35,270 bases of DNA from Domibacillus sp. Lineage in GTDB: Bacteria; Bacillota; Bacilli; Bacillales; Domibacillaceae. Below, one piece after another: positions 9,014-16,957 of the stretch (position 1 is its first letter; each line of letters starts with the position of its first letter). Position numbers and translations under genes: made by a program. The notes beneath the pieces were generated by a model. That model worked only from the letters and a program-made list of their open reading frames with translations, searched no databases and had not been told where the DNA came from. Location: NCBI GenBank assembly GCA_031177795.1, contig JAPSKG010000001.1:1-35270 (forward strand), in the 5' to 3' direction.

Positions 9014-9583
9014 GTGCAAGAGGAATTAAGTGAATTTTACAATATCTTTACAGAAACAAAAAAAGATATTGAAAGCTTTATGGCGATGCTTGATCCGGTA
9101 ATTAACAATGCAAAAGACGATCACGAACGTTTGTATTACCACCACATTTATGAAGAAGAAGAACAGCGCCTGTCACGCCTTGCAGAATTGATCCCGTTGC
9201 TTGAAACGTTTCTTGCAGGACAGGGAGGAAGTTTTTCTCCATCAAACAACATCTTTAACCGTCTTCTTCAAGAACTCAATTTAGAAAAATTCGGCCTGCA
9301 TAATTTTGTTGAACATTTGGATCTCGCTTTGTTCCAGTTTAAAGATGCAGAGCGCCAAGCAAAATTAACGGAAATGCGTGGAACAAATCACACAAGCTAT
9401 CAGTTTGTAAAAGAAAAACTGGCCCGCATTAATGAACAGTTTGATACGGGTTATGCAGACCCGCATGCACATCATGATGAGCATGGAGATCATTTAAATC
9501 ATCATGCTCATTCAACACCTGTGCAGCCGGTACAACCAAAAACAAAACGTTCATTTACAGTAGGGTCACTTATTTCCAAGTAA
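9014..9583 (+). CDS. IMEF (iron-mineralizing encapsulin-associated Firmicute) ferritin-like cargo protein
   Basis: HERLYYHHIYEEEEQR and ELNLEKFGLHNFVEH helices, His-rich linker and C-terminal FTVGSL targeting peptide; directly upstream of an encapsulin. GTG 9014 preferred because it lies 8 nt after AGGAGG. Confidence 0.92.
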   Translation: MQEELSEFYNIFTETKKDIESFMAMLDPVINNAKDDHERLYYHHIYEEEEQRLSRLAELIPLLETFLAGQGGSFSPSNNIFNRLLQELNLEKFGLHNFVEHLDLALFQFKDAERQAKLTEMRGTNHTSYQFVKEKLARINEQFDTGYADPHAHHDEHGDHLNHHAHSTPVQPVQPKTKRSFTVGSLISK

Positions 9584-9598
9584 GGGGAGGATTTTTTT

Positions 9599-10453
9599 AT
9601 GAGTAAAGCACATTTATACCCGGACGCGCCGCTTTCAGAAAATGATTTTAACGAGCTGGACCAAATCGTGATTGAAGCAGCAAAAAAACAATTAACAGGA
9701 CGCCGTTTTATTGAATTGTACGGTCCGCTGGGCCGGGGCGTCCAAAGCATTCACACAGATATTTTCGCAGAAAAAAGCGCGGCGCACATGGATTTGCAGG
9801 GATCGTTTGACACGGAAATTGAATCTGCAAAGCGCGTTAATTACACCATCCCAATGCTTTACAAGGATTTTGTTTTATACTGGCGCGATATCGAGCAAGC
9901 AAAAACGCTGGATATTCCAATGGATTTTTCATCGGCAGCAAATGCGGCGCGTGATGTGGCGCTTTTAGAAGATGAAATGATTTTTCATGGAGCTGCACAG
10001 TTTGACATTCCGGGGCTAATGAATGTAAAAGGACGCCAAACACATTTGATTAGCAACTGGTATGAATCAGGCACAGCATTCCAGGATGTTGTAGAAGCCC
10101 GCGGAAAGTTGATGGAGATGAACCATAATGGACCGTATGCGCTCGTTTTATCTCCAGAGTTATATGCATTGTTGCATCGTGTTCACCGGGATACAAATGT
10201 CCTGGAAATTGAGCATGTCCGTGAACTAGTTACAGATGGTGTTTTTCAGTCGCCGGTACTAAAAGGAAAAACAGGTGTGCTTGTTAACACAGGGCGCAAC
10301 AATCTTGATTTGGCTGTATCTGAAGATTTTGAAACGGCTTATCTCGGTGAAGAAGGGATGAACCATCCATTCCGCGTGTATGAGACGGCTGTACTCCGCA
10401 TCAAGCGCCCGTCTGCTATCTGCACATTCGCTGATCCGCAAGACGATGAGTAA
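9599..10453 (+). CDS. Family 1 encapsulin shell protein (Linocin_M18 / HK97 fold), IMEF-associated type
   Basis: LTGRRFIELYGPLG, AANAARDVALLEDEMIFHG, GPYALVLSP, LDLAVSED and FRVYET..LRIKRPSAIC motifs; 284 aa; RBS GGGGAGG. Confidence 0.95.
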   Translation: MSKAHLYPDAPLSENDFNELDQIVIEAAKKQLTGRRFIELYGPLGRGVQSIHTDIFAEKSAAHMDLQGSFDTEIESAKRVNYTIPMLYKDFVLYWRDIEQAKTLDIPMDFSSAANAARDVALLEDEMIFHGAAQFDIPGLMNVKGRQTHLISNWYESGTAFQDVVEARGKLMEMNHNGPYALVLSPELYALLHRVHRDTNVLEIEHVRELVTDGVFQSPVLKGKTGVLVNTGRNNLDLAVSEDFETAYLGEEGMNHPFRVYETAVLRIKRPSAICTFADPQDDE

Positions 10454-10823
10454 AAGGTGGACGGTCGGCTCGCTTGTTCCAGGCCAAGAAACTCAGTATG
10501 TGCCTAGAAAGCTGCCCGTTCACGAGGCAAAAACAGAAATCAAAAAACAAGCAGAGCCAAAAAAACAGGTTGTTTCTCCTGCCATTAAAGTAAAACAAGG
10601 CAATACGGTTTGTTCTGTTTCTTTACAGCCAGGCACTATTTTGCTTGATGCAGCACTTAAACAAGGGTGCGATATTCAATACAAATGCCGAAAAGGAACT
10701 TGCGGTGCTTGTACAGTCGATATTTTGTCAGGCAGCGGATTTTTATCAGGCCGCAATTCAGCTGAATTAAAGAAACTCGGTGAATCTGAAAAACGCCTTG
10801 CTTGCCAGGCTGTAATAAAATAA
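10446..10823 (+). CDS. 2Fe-2S ferredoxin with N-terminal encapsulin targeting peptide (MSKRWTVGSL)
   Basis: C-X4-C-X2-C (CRKGTCGAC) plus distal RLACQA. ATG 10446 overlaps the end of the encapsulin gene by 8 nt. Confidence 0.9.
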   Translation: MSKRWTVGSLVPGQETQYVPRKLPVHEAKTEIKKQAEPKKQVVSPAIKVKQGNTVCSVSLQPGTILLDAALKQGCDIQYKCRKGTCGACTVDILSGSGFLSGRNSAELKKLGESEKRLACQAVIK

Positions 10824-10861
10824 AAAACATCCGCCCAAACTTTGGGACGGATGTTTTTTTT
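10822..10861 (+). terminator. Terminator ending the encapsulin operon
   Basis: AAAAAACATCCGCCCAAA-c-TTTGGGACGGATGTTTTTTT. Confidence 0.8.
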
Positions 10862-10908
10862 ACAAAAACGTATTTGAAATACAGTAAAGTAAAAAAGCTA
10901 TTTATATG

Positions 10909-10937
10909 AAAAAAAAAAGCCCCCAACAAGGCGGCTG
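10909..10937 (-). terminator. Terminator for the minus-strand hypothetical gene
   Basis: Minus strand AGCCGCC-ttgtt-GGGGGCT followed by a long T run. Confidence 0.55.
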
Positions 10938-10942
10938 ATTTG

Positions 10943-11422
10943 TCAGGCAAAGCGGCGCTTTTCCATGATGACAAGGTTGTTTTCAACTTGAAATGGAAGA
11001 GCTACGTCCCGTTTTTCAATTTCATCCACACTTACATCACGAACAATTTTAAGCGCTTCTTTTTTAAAAGAAGAGGTAATAAATCCTTCGTTTACTTCAC
11101 AAAGCTTACGTAAGTAGCGGAGCGTTTCTTCCGTCATCATTTCGCGCACTGGCACGTTTTCAAGCTGGCAGATAAGTTTGTGGCGAAGGCCTTTCATTAC
11201 GCCAATTTGATCAACATGCGCCGTGACATTCTCGCCATTTTCAGCAATAAAGCTGAATGAAATAAATTTTCCTTGTGATAAATCGACATTTGTAAAGACC
11301 GGATTCTTGTATGTTTCACCGGATGCAAGTGTAATAGATTCCGCTTCCGCCGCGCCGCCCAGCTTTCGGCTGTTGGCAATGACCATATGGATATCTTTAA
11401 GTCCGTGAAGCATTCCTCTCAT
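10943..11422 (-). CDS. Hypothetical protein (159 aa), probably Fur-regulated
   Basis: Open frame; ATG 11422 with AGAGGG RBS, its own promoter and a downstream terminator. No family recognised. Confidence 0.75.
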   Translation of the reverse strand: MRGMLHGLKDIHMVIANSRKLGGAAEAESITLASGETYKNPVFTNVDLSQGKFISFSFIAENGENVTAHVDQIGVMKGLRHKLICQLENVPVREMMTEETLRYLRKLCEVNEGFITSSFKKEALKIVRDVSVDEIEKRDVALPFQVENNLVIMEKRRFA

Positions 11423-11456
11423 AAGGTTCCCTCTTTCCCTCGTCGTTGTTAATTTT

Positions 11457-11485
11457 ATTGTATAGGGAATGATAATCATTGTCAA
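11457..11485 (-). promoter_or_regulatory. Sigma-A promoter TTGACA-17-TACAAT
   Basis: Minus strand TTGACA (11485-11480) atgattatcattcccta TACAAT (11462-11457). Confidence 0.8.
11465..11484. promoter_or_regulatory. Fur box
   Basis: TGATAATCATTGTCA at 11470-11484 matches the 7-1-7 TGATAATnATTATCA at 13/14 positions; 16/19 to GATAATGATAATCATTATC; overlaps the -35 and spacer. Confidence 0.8.
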
Positions 11486-11512
11486 TATGGTTTTCGCCAA
11501 AAAGCATCATCT

Positions 11513-11887
11513 TTACGTTTCAATAACTTCTTTCAAAACGGTTAATGCCTGCTGAACACGTGGAAAGCCGTTATAAGGAAGACATTGAATCATGCATTCC
11601 GCTATTTCTTCCTTTGTAAGGCCAGCATTTAGTCCACGTTTAATGTGAGTAGCTAACTGCGCATGAGCACCCTGTGTAACAAGCGACGAAATAACAATTA
11701 ACGATCGTTCTTTTTTGCCAAGGTGAGGCCTTCCATAAATTTCTCCATACGCTTCAATAATCCAGCGGCGAAAATCCGGAGCAACGGAATCAAGAGGATC
11801 GCTGATTTTTCCGTTAACAGGTTTTTCCCATCCATCGTCCATATACTCTGCAAATACATCCAGCCCTTTTTCAAATCTATTCATCAT
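11513..11887 (-). CDS. Carboxymuconolactone decarboxylase (CMD/PcaC-like) family protein
   Basis: APDF..WIIEAYGEIYGRP.L..KERSLIVISSL, HIKRGLNAGLTKEEI.E and PYNGFP motifs; RBS AGGAGG. Confidence 0.85.
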   Translation of the reverse strand: MMNRFEKGLDVFAEYMDDGWEKPVNGKISDPLDSVAPDFRRWIIEAYGEIYGRPHLGKKERSLIVISSLVTQGAHAQLATHIKRGLNAGLTKEEIAECMIQCLPYNGFPRVQQALTVLKEVIET

Positions 11888-12097
11888 TTCACCCTCCTAT
11901 GAAGTATTGTTTCAAGAAAAAACTGAATTTTCCTTCTTTATGCAATTTTTTATTCGTTTTTTCGGCATGTTTTCAAGAAAACAGGGGATAATAATGAATA
12001 AAGGTGTATAAAAATTAATTTTAGACTTAAAATAATTGAAATTTTTTTGTAAGCAGGGTATTATTTCACTATATCAAAAAGATAAGGGGTTTTTACC

Positions 12098-12922
12098 ATG
12101 ACATATTCGTTTAAAAAAGCTGCTTTTGCTTTTGCAGCCAGTTGTTCATTGCTTTTGGCAGCCTGCGGTGGCGGAGAAGAAAAAAGCGGCGGGGCGGGTT
12201 CAGATTCAGAAGAAAAAAAGGTATTAAATGTTGGAACGGAAGCAACTTTTGCACCGTTTGAGTTTATGGATAAAGGAGAAGTATCCGGATTTGATGTTGA
12301 CCTGTTAAATGCTGCGGCTGAAGAAGCTGGTTATGAGGTCAATATTCAAAATACCGGCTGGGATGCCATGCTTGCCGGCCTTCAAAGCGGTCAGCTTGAT
12401 ATTGGAATGTCAGGCATTACAATTACAGATGAGCGAAAAGAAACGTATGACTTTTCGGTTCCCTACTTCGAATCTGTAACTATGATTGCGTTTAAAGAAG
12501 AAGCAGGCATTAAGTCCGCTGAAGATTTAAAAGGTAAAAAAGTAGGTGTTCAAAATGGAACAACCGGCCAGTTTGCCGCTGAGTCCATTATGGGCCAAAA
12601 CAACAGCGCAATTTCAAAATATGAAACAGCAGCTCTTATGTTCCAGGCTTTACAAAGCGGGGATGTTGAAGCGGTTGTAACAGATATTGCGGTAGCTGTT
12701 GAATACGCAAAATCTAATCCGGAAGCCAATGTTGAAACCATTACAGATGAGCAGTTTGTACCTGAATACTACGGCATTGCTTTTCCAAAAGGAAGCGAGT
12801 ATAAAGCAGATTTTGACAAAGCGTTAAATACACTTTTTGAAAACGGAAAATACGAAGAAATTTATGAAAAATGGTTTGAAGAAACACCTGATATGGAAAC
12901 ATTAAAGCAAGCAGCGCAATAA
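12098..12922 (+). CDS. Polar/basic amino acid ABC transporter substrate-binding lipoprotein
   Basis: Lipobox LAAC, VGTEATFAPFEF, GFDVDL, SGITITDERK, DFSVPYF, KKVGVQNGTT. Confidence 0.9.
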   Translation: MTYSFKKAAFAFAASCSLLLAACGGGEEKSGGAGSDSEEKKVLNVGTEATFAPFEFMDKGEVSGFDVDLLNAAAEEAGYEVNIQNTGWDAMLAGLQSGQLDIGMSGITITDERKETYDFSVPYFESVTMIAFKEEAGIKSAEDLKGKKVGVQNGTTGQFAAESIMGQNNSAISKYETAALMFQALQSGDVEAVVTDIAVAVEYAKSNPEANVETITDEQFVPEYYGIAFPKGSEYKADFDKALNTLFENGKYEEIYEKWFEETPDMETLKQAAQ

Positions 12923-12925
12923 AAG

Positions 12926-12964
12926 AAAAATGGCTGTCCATGTTTTATGGGGCAGCCATTTTTT
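12926..12964 (+). terminator. Intra-operon terminator/stabilising hairpin after the binding-protein gene
   Basis: AAAAATGGCTGTCCAT-gtttt-ATGGGGCAGCCATTTTTT. Confidence 0.65.
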
Positions 12965-12985
12965 ATGAAGGAAAGGAGAGAAAAA

Positions 12986-13651
12986 ATGGATTTTCGCTTT
13001 GATATTATAGCCGATTATATGCCATTCTTTTTGAAAGGAATGGGGATTACGATTGGCGTATCACTTGCCGGCGTTATCGTTGGGCTTTTATTAGGATTGG
13101 TTATTGCTTTAGGAAAAATGTCTTCAAATAGATGGATACAACTTCCATTCAATATTTATATTAATATTTTCCGAGGAACTCCTTTACTTGTTCAATTACT
13201 TATTATTCATTTTGGAATTGTGCCATTATTTATGTCGCCGTCAAACCCAATTGTATCTTTAGTGATTGGTCTTTCCTTAAATGCAGCTGCCTACATTGCA
13301 GAAATTTTTCGGGCAGGAATACAATCTATCGACAAAGGACAAATGGAAGCAGCACGCTCACTTGGCATGACACGGGCACAGGCAATGAAACTAGTAATTT
13401 TGCCGCAAGCGGTAAAGCGTGTAATTCCGCCGCTTGGCAATGAATTTATTGTTTTGTTAAAAGAATCATCGCTTGGATCGGTTTTGGCAGCACCGGAACT
13501 TATGTATTGGGGACGCGCGGCAGCAGGACAGTACATTCGCGTCTGGGAGCCGTATATAACGGTTGCTCTCATTTATTTAGTATTGACGCTGTCTTTAACG
13601 TACTTAATGAATTACGTTGAAAGGAGAATGAGCACGGATGATCAGCGTTAA
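12986..13651 (+). CDS. Amino acid ABC transporter permease
   Basis: [10 protein letters not shown] and EAA loop [23 protein letters not shown]. Start ATG 12986 after AAAGGAG. Confidence 0.92.
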   Translation: MDFRFDIIADYMPFFLKGMGITIGVSLAGVIVGLLLGLVIALGKMSSNRWIQLPFNIYINIFRGTPLLVQLLIIHFGIVPLFMSPSNPIVSLVIGLSLNAAAYIAEIFRAGIQSIDKGQMEAARSLGMTRAQAMKLVILPQAVKRVIPPLGNEFIVLLKESSLGSVLAAPELMYWGRAAAGQYIRVWEPYITVALIYLVLTLSLTYLMNYVERRMSTDDQR

Positions 13652-14360
13652 AAACCTAAAAAAGTCATTTGGCACAAATGAAGTGTTAAAGGACATTTCT
13701 CTTGAAGTAAGTCCGCAGGAAGTAGTGGTGGTCATCGGCCCATCCGGTTCTGGCAAATCAACTTTCATTCGCTGTTTAAACATGCTTGAAACAATTAATG
13801 GCGGACATGTTATTGTTGATGGAAAAGATGTAACAGACAAAAAAACGAATATAAACGAAGTTCGTACTGAAGTTGGCATGGTGTTTCAGCATTTTAATTT
13901 GTTTCCCCATAAAACAATACTAGAAAACATTACGCTGGCGCCGATTCATGTACGGGGCTTGAAAAAAGCAGAAGCAGAAAAAAAAGCAAAAGTATTGCTT
14001 GAAAAAGTAGGTCTTTCAGAAAAAGCATCTGCTTATCCAGATTCTCTTTCAGGTGGACAAAAACAAAGGGTTGCTATTGCTCGTGCTCTCGCGATGGAGC
14101 CAAAGGTCATGTTATTTGACGAACCAACATCAGCTTTAGATCCCGAAATGGTCGGCGAGGTTCTGGAAGTTATGAAGCAGCTTGCCAAAGACGGAATGAC
14201 AATGATTGTAGTAACTCATGAAATGGGCTTTGCCCGTGAAGTGGGGGACCGTGTTATCTTTATGGACAATGGGTATATTGTTGAGGAAAATGAACCAAAG
14301 GCATTGTTCGATGCACCGCAGCATGAACGGACAAAAGCATTTCTAAGCAAAGTATTATAA
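13638..14360 (+). CDS. Amino acid ABC transporter ATP-binding protein (GlnQ-like)
   Basis: [44 protein letters not shown]. Confidence 0.93.
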   Translation: MISVKNLKKSFGTNEVLKDISLEVSPQEVVVVIGPSGSGKSTFIRCLNMLETINGGHVIVDGKDVTDKKTNINEVRTEVGMVFQHFNLFPHKTILENITLAPIHVRGLKKAEAEKKAKVLLEKVGLSEKASAYPDSLSGGQKQRVAIARALAMEPKVMLFDEPTSALDPEMVGEVLEVMKQLAKDGMTMIVVTHEMGFAREVGDRVIFMDNGYIVEENEPKALFDAPQHERTKAFLSKVL

Positions 14361-14361
14361 G

Positions 14362-14390
14362 AAAAAGGTCTCCAATTGGAGACCTTTTTT
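14362..14390. terminator. Bidirectional terminator
   Basis: AAAAAGGTCTCCAATTGGAGACCTTTTTT between convergent genes. Confidence 0.8.
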
Positions 14391-16098
14391 ATATTTGATG
14401 AATAAGCGCTTCTACTTCAGCGCCTTCAAGTGTTTCTTTCGTCATTAAATCTTCAACAAGCCGATCAAATGCATCACGGTGCTCTGTAATCACTGTTTCA
14501 GAACGTTCAAGCGCAAGTTCGAATAACTCATTCATTTTCGTTTCTTTATCCGACTGACGGAATGTAAGAGAAAAGCGGTCCTGGAAAATTCCGGTTTCAA
14601 CCATGCGCTCTAATATTTGCTTTGCCTGCTGTACATCGCCACTTACACCGATTGAATGCTCGCCAAGGTAAAGGCGTTCTGCCACTCCACCGGATAAAAT
14701 CATTGCCACCTGGTCAATTAACTCACTAGCCGTTGATAAATGAAGCTCTTTTGGAACAGGTGCCACGTAACCGAGTGCTTGTCCGCGAGGAATAATTGTT
14801 GCTTTTCGGACTGATCCCGGTTTTGTTAAAGAAGCAACAAGCGCATGGCCGGCTTCATGGATAGCAACACGCCGCTTTGTCGCAGGATCTGAAAGCGGAC
14901 GGGTCATAGTGCCAAGAATTGTACGGTCAAGAGCATAATCAAAATCCTTTTTTTCGATCGTATCACGTCCGCTGCGAATTGCATTGCGGCTAGCGGTTTC
15001 AAACAAAGCCGACAATTCTGCACCGGAAAAGCCGACAGTGACTTCCGCTAAATCGTGGAGCATGGCTGCTGCATTATCTGTTAGTTTTCTTCCTTTTGCG
15101 TGAATATCGATAATTTCTTTTCGGCCTTTTGCATCCGGCAAGGTAACATGAAAAGAAAAGTCGATACGGCCTGGTCGAAGAAACGCTTCATCAAGCATAT
15201 CTTTCCGGTTTGTTGCAGCAATAAACAGCAATCCATCATTATCATGTCCGCCATCAAGCTGTACAAGCAATTCTGTTAACGTTTTTTCTCCTTCTTCACC
15301 GCCATGCGTTTTCCGCCGCCCCGCAAGGGCATCAACTTCGTCAATAAAAATAACAGCTGGTTTTTGCTTTCGTGCTTCTTGAAAAAGATTGCGCACCCGG
15401 GATGCTCCGACACCAACATAAAGCTCTGTAAAAGCAGATCCGCTTGATGAGAAAAAAGAAGCGCCAATTTCACGTGCGATCGCTTGCGCAAGTAAGGTTT
15501 TCCCGGTTCCAGGAGGACCGTATAGCAAAATGCCGCGCGGCGGTTCAAGCCCAAGCTTTGTCGATAAATCTTTTTCTTTTAAGATTGATAAAGTTTGCAG
15601 AATATCTTCCTTCATTTCGTCAGATAAACCGCCCACATCTTCAAGTGTAATATCCGGCAAAGGGCGAGCTTGCGAAAGGCTGTTTTTCATTGAATGCGCC
15701 ACGCCCATACCGCCGCCTTTTTTTCGGTAAAAGTAAAAACCGATTCCAGAAATCAGCAGAAACAGGGCAACTAAAATCCAACTTTCGACAGGCTCTGATT
15801 TCACATACTCATAACGAATATTGTATGTTTCATTTAATCGATCCACAGCCGTACTTCCCGGCGGGATGAAAGACGTATACTCTTCGTTTTGCGTGATAAT
15901 TTGAAGCGTGCCATCAGGGTATTGCTGAAGGCCGACTTCTTTCCCGTTTTCTTCTTTAATAATTTCTTCAACCGAAGAAAAAGGAACAACCGTCGCTTCG
16001 TTTTTGTTTTGGAAATACCAGAAAATCCCGGTAGCTGCGATTAAAAAAACTACGGCAGCTTTCCACCACAATCCGGGACGTGTAAACATTAGCACCAC
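14389..16098 (-). CDS. FtsH-like membrane AAA+ zinc metalloprotease (M41), probable paralogue
   Basis: Two N-terminal TM segments, Walker A GPPGTGKT, pore loop YVG, Walker B IFIDE, SRH ATNR..LD.A.LRPGR.D, HEAGH. Start may be ATG 16089. Confidence 0.88.
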   Translation of the reverse strand: MVLMFTRPGLWWKAAVVFLIAATGIFWYFQNKNEATVVPFSSVEEIIKEENGKEVGLQQYPDGTLQIITQNEEYTSFIPPGSTAVDRLNETYNIRYEYVKSEPVESWILVALFLLISGIGFYFYRKKGGGMGVAHSMKNSLSQARPLPDITLEDVGGLSDEMKEDILQTLSILKEKDLSTKLGLEPPRGILLYGPPGTGKTLLAQAIAREIGASFFSSSGSAFTELYVGVGASRVRNLFQEARKQKPAVIFIDEVDALAGRRKTHGGEEGEKTLTELLVQLDGGHDNDGLLFIAATNRKDMLDEAFLRPGRIDFSFHVTLPDAKGRKEIIDIHAKGRKLTDNAAAMLHDLAEVTVGFSGAELSALFETASRNAIRSGRDTIEKKDFDYALDRTILGTMTRPLSDPATKRRVAIHEAGHALVASLTKPGSVRKATIIPRGQALGYVAPVPKELHLSTASELIDQVAMILSGGVAERLYLGEHSIGVSGDVQQAKQILERMVETGIFQDRFSLTFRQSDKETKMNELFELALERSETVITEHRDAFDRLVEDLMTKETLEGAEVEALIHQI

Positions 16099-16179
16099 AC
16101 TCCCTTAACTAGTATTCTTCTATTATAGAAGAAAATCTGCAAGGTTGAAAGCGGAAAACCTTGCATAAAGTGCTGTTGT

Positions 16180-16207
16180 TTGAAAATACGGTTTAACATG
16201 GTATGAT
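16180..16207 (+). promoter_or_regulatory. Putative sigma-A promoter (extended -10) for the cyclophilin gene
   Basis: TTGAAA-16 nt-TATGAT with TGn immediately upstream of the -10. Confidence 0.5.
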
Positions 16208-16238
16208 AATAACGATTAACCAAAAAGGAGCGATTAAT

Positions 16239-16676
16239 TTGGCGAAAAAAGGCTATATCCAAATGAAAGACGGCGCGAAAATTGAGTTTGACTTGTTTCC
16301 TGAAGCAGCGCCGGCAACAGTGGCAAACTTTGAAAAATTAGCAAATGAAGGATTTTACGATGGAGTTGTTTTCCACCGTGTTATCCCTGGTTTTGTTAGC
16401 CAGGGCGGCGACCCAACAGGAACTGGTATGGGTGGCCCAGGCTACACAATTAAATGTGAAACAGAAGGAAATCCGCATACTCACCAGGAAGGTTCACTTT
16501 CAATGGCACATGCCGGTAAAGATACAGGAGGCAGCCAATTTTTTATCGTTCATGAGCCGCAGCCTCACTTAAACGGTGTACACACTGTTTTCGGTCAAGT
16601 AACATCAGGGATTGAAGCAGTAAAGTCAATGAAAAACGGCGATACAATGGAAAAAGTAGAAGTTTTCGATGTGTAA
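16239..16676 (+). CDS. ppiB: Cyclophilin-type peptidyl-prolyl cis-trans isomerase
   Basis: [51 protein letters not shown] 16239 after AAAGGAG. Confidence 0.9.
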   Translation: MAKKGYIQMKDGAKIEFDLFPEAAPATVANFEKLANEGFYDGVVFHRVIPGFVSQGGDPTGTGMGGPGYTIKCETEGNPHTHQEGSLSMAHAGKDTGGSQFFIVHEPQPHLNGVHTVFGQVTSGIEAVKSMKNGDTMEKVEVFDV

Positions 16677-16684
16677 AACATCCT

Positions 16685-16709
16685 GACCGGCCTGTGCCGG
16701 TCTTTTTTT
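16685..16709 (+). terminator. Terminator after ppiB
   Basis: GACCGGC-ctgt-GCCGGTC-TTTTTTT. Confidence 0.8.
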
Positions 16710-16808
16710 GCGCCTGCCATTGTTACTAGCAGATATTTTAGTCTTTAAACACGCAGATGTTTATTGACGGGCGCAACAGCTCTATGTGAAAATAAGAAAA
16801 TAAAACGA

Positions 16809-16892
16809 CTACTGGGGGTGCCTTCGGGCTGAGAAAGGAAAGCTCCTTAACTCCAATAACCTGATCCGGATGATGCCGGCGGAGGGAAGTAG
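16809..16892 (+). ncRNA. TPP riboswitch aptamer
   Basis: CTACT-GGGGGTGCC...GCTGAGA...ACCTGATCCGGATGATGCCGGCGGAGGGA-AGTAG; upstream of thiamine genes. Confidence 0.93.
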
Positions 16893-16906
16893 CAATCACT
16901 GACGAT

Positions 16907-16940
16907 AAACCGGATCAGCGCATTGCTGTTCCGGTTTTTT
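16907..16940 (+). terminator. TPP riboswitch expression-platform terminator
   Basis: AAACCGGATCAGC-gcatt-GCTGTTCCGGTTTTTT. Confidence 0.8.
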
Positions 16941-16957
16941 ATTTGGAGGAGTTTCTA

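Noticed and set aside
9599-10453. Bacteriocin (Linocin M18) or prophage capsid interpretation
   Set aside because: No phage genes nearby, and flanking genes carry cargo-targeting peptides, which indicates an encapsulin.
10380-10453. Programmed frameshift fusing encapsulin to ferredoxin, or a longer ferredoxin start at 10380
   Set aside because: No slippery sequence or RBS. ATG 10446 puts the targeting peptide at the N-terminus and explains the overlap more simply.
11938-12012. ArgR/AhrC-like boxes upstream of the amino acid ABC transporter
   Set aside because: The best candidate has three mismatches and the other has wrong spacing, in AT-rich DNA; substrate and regulator cannot be assigned.
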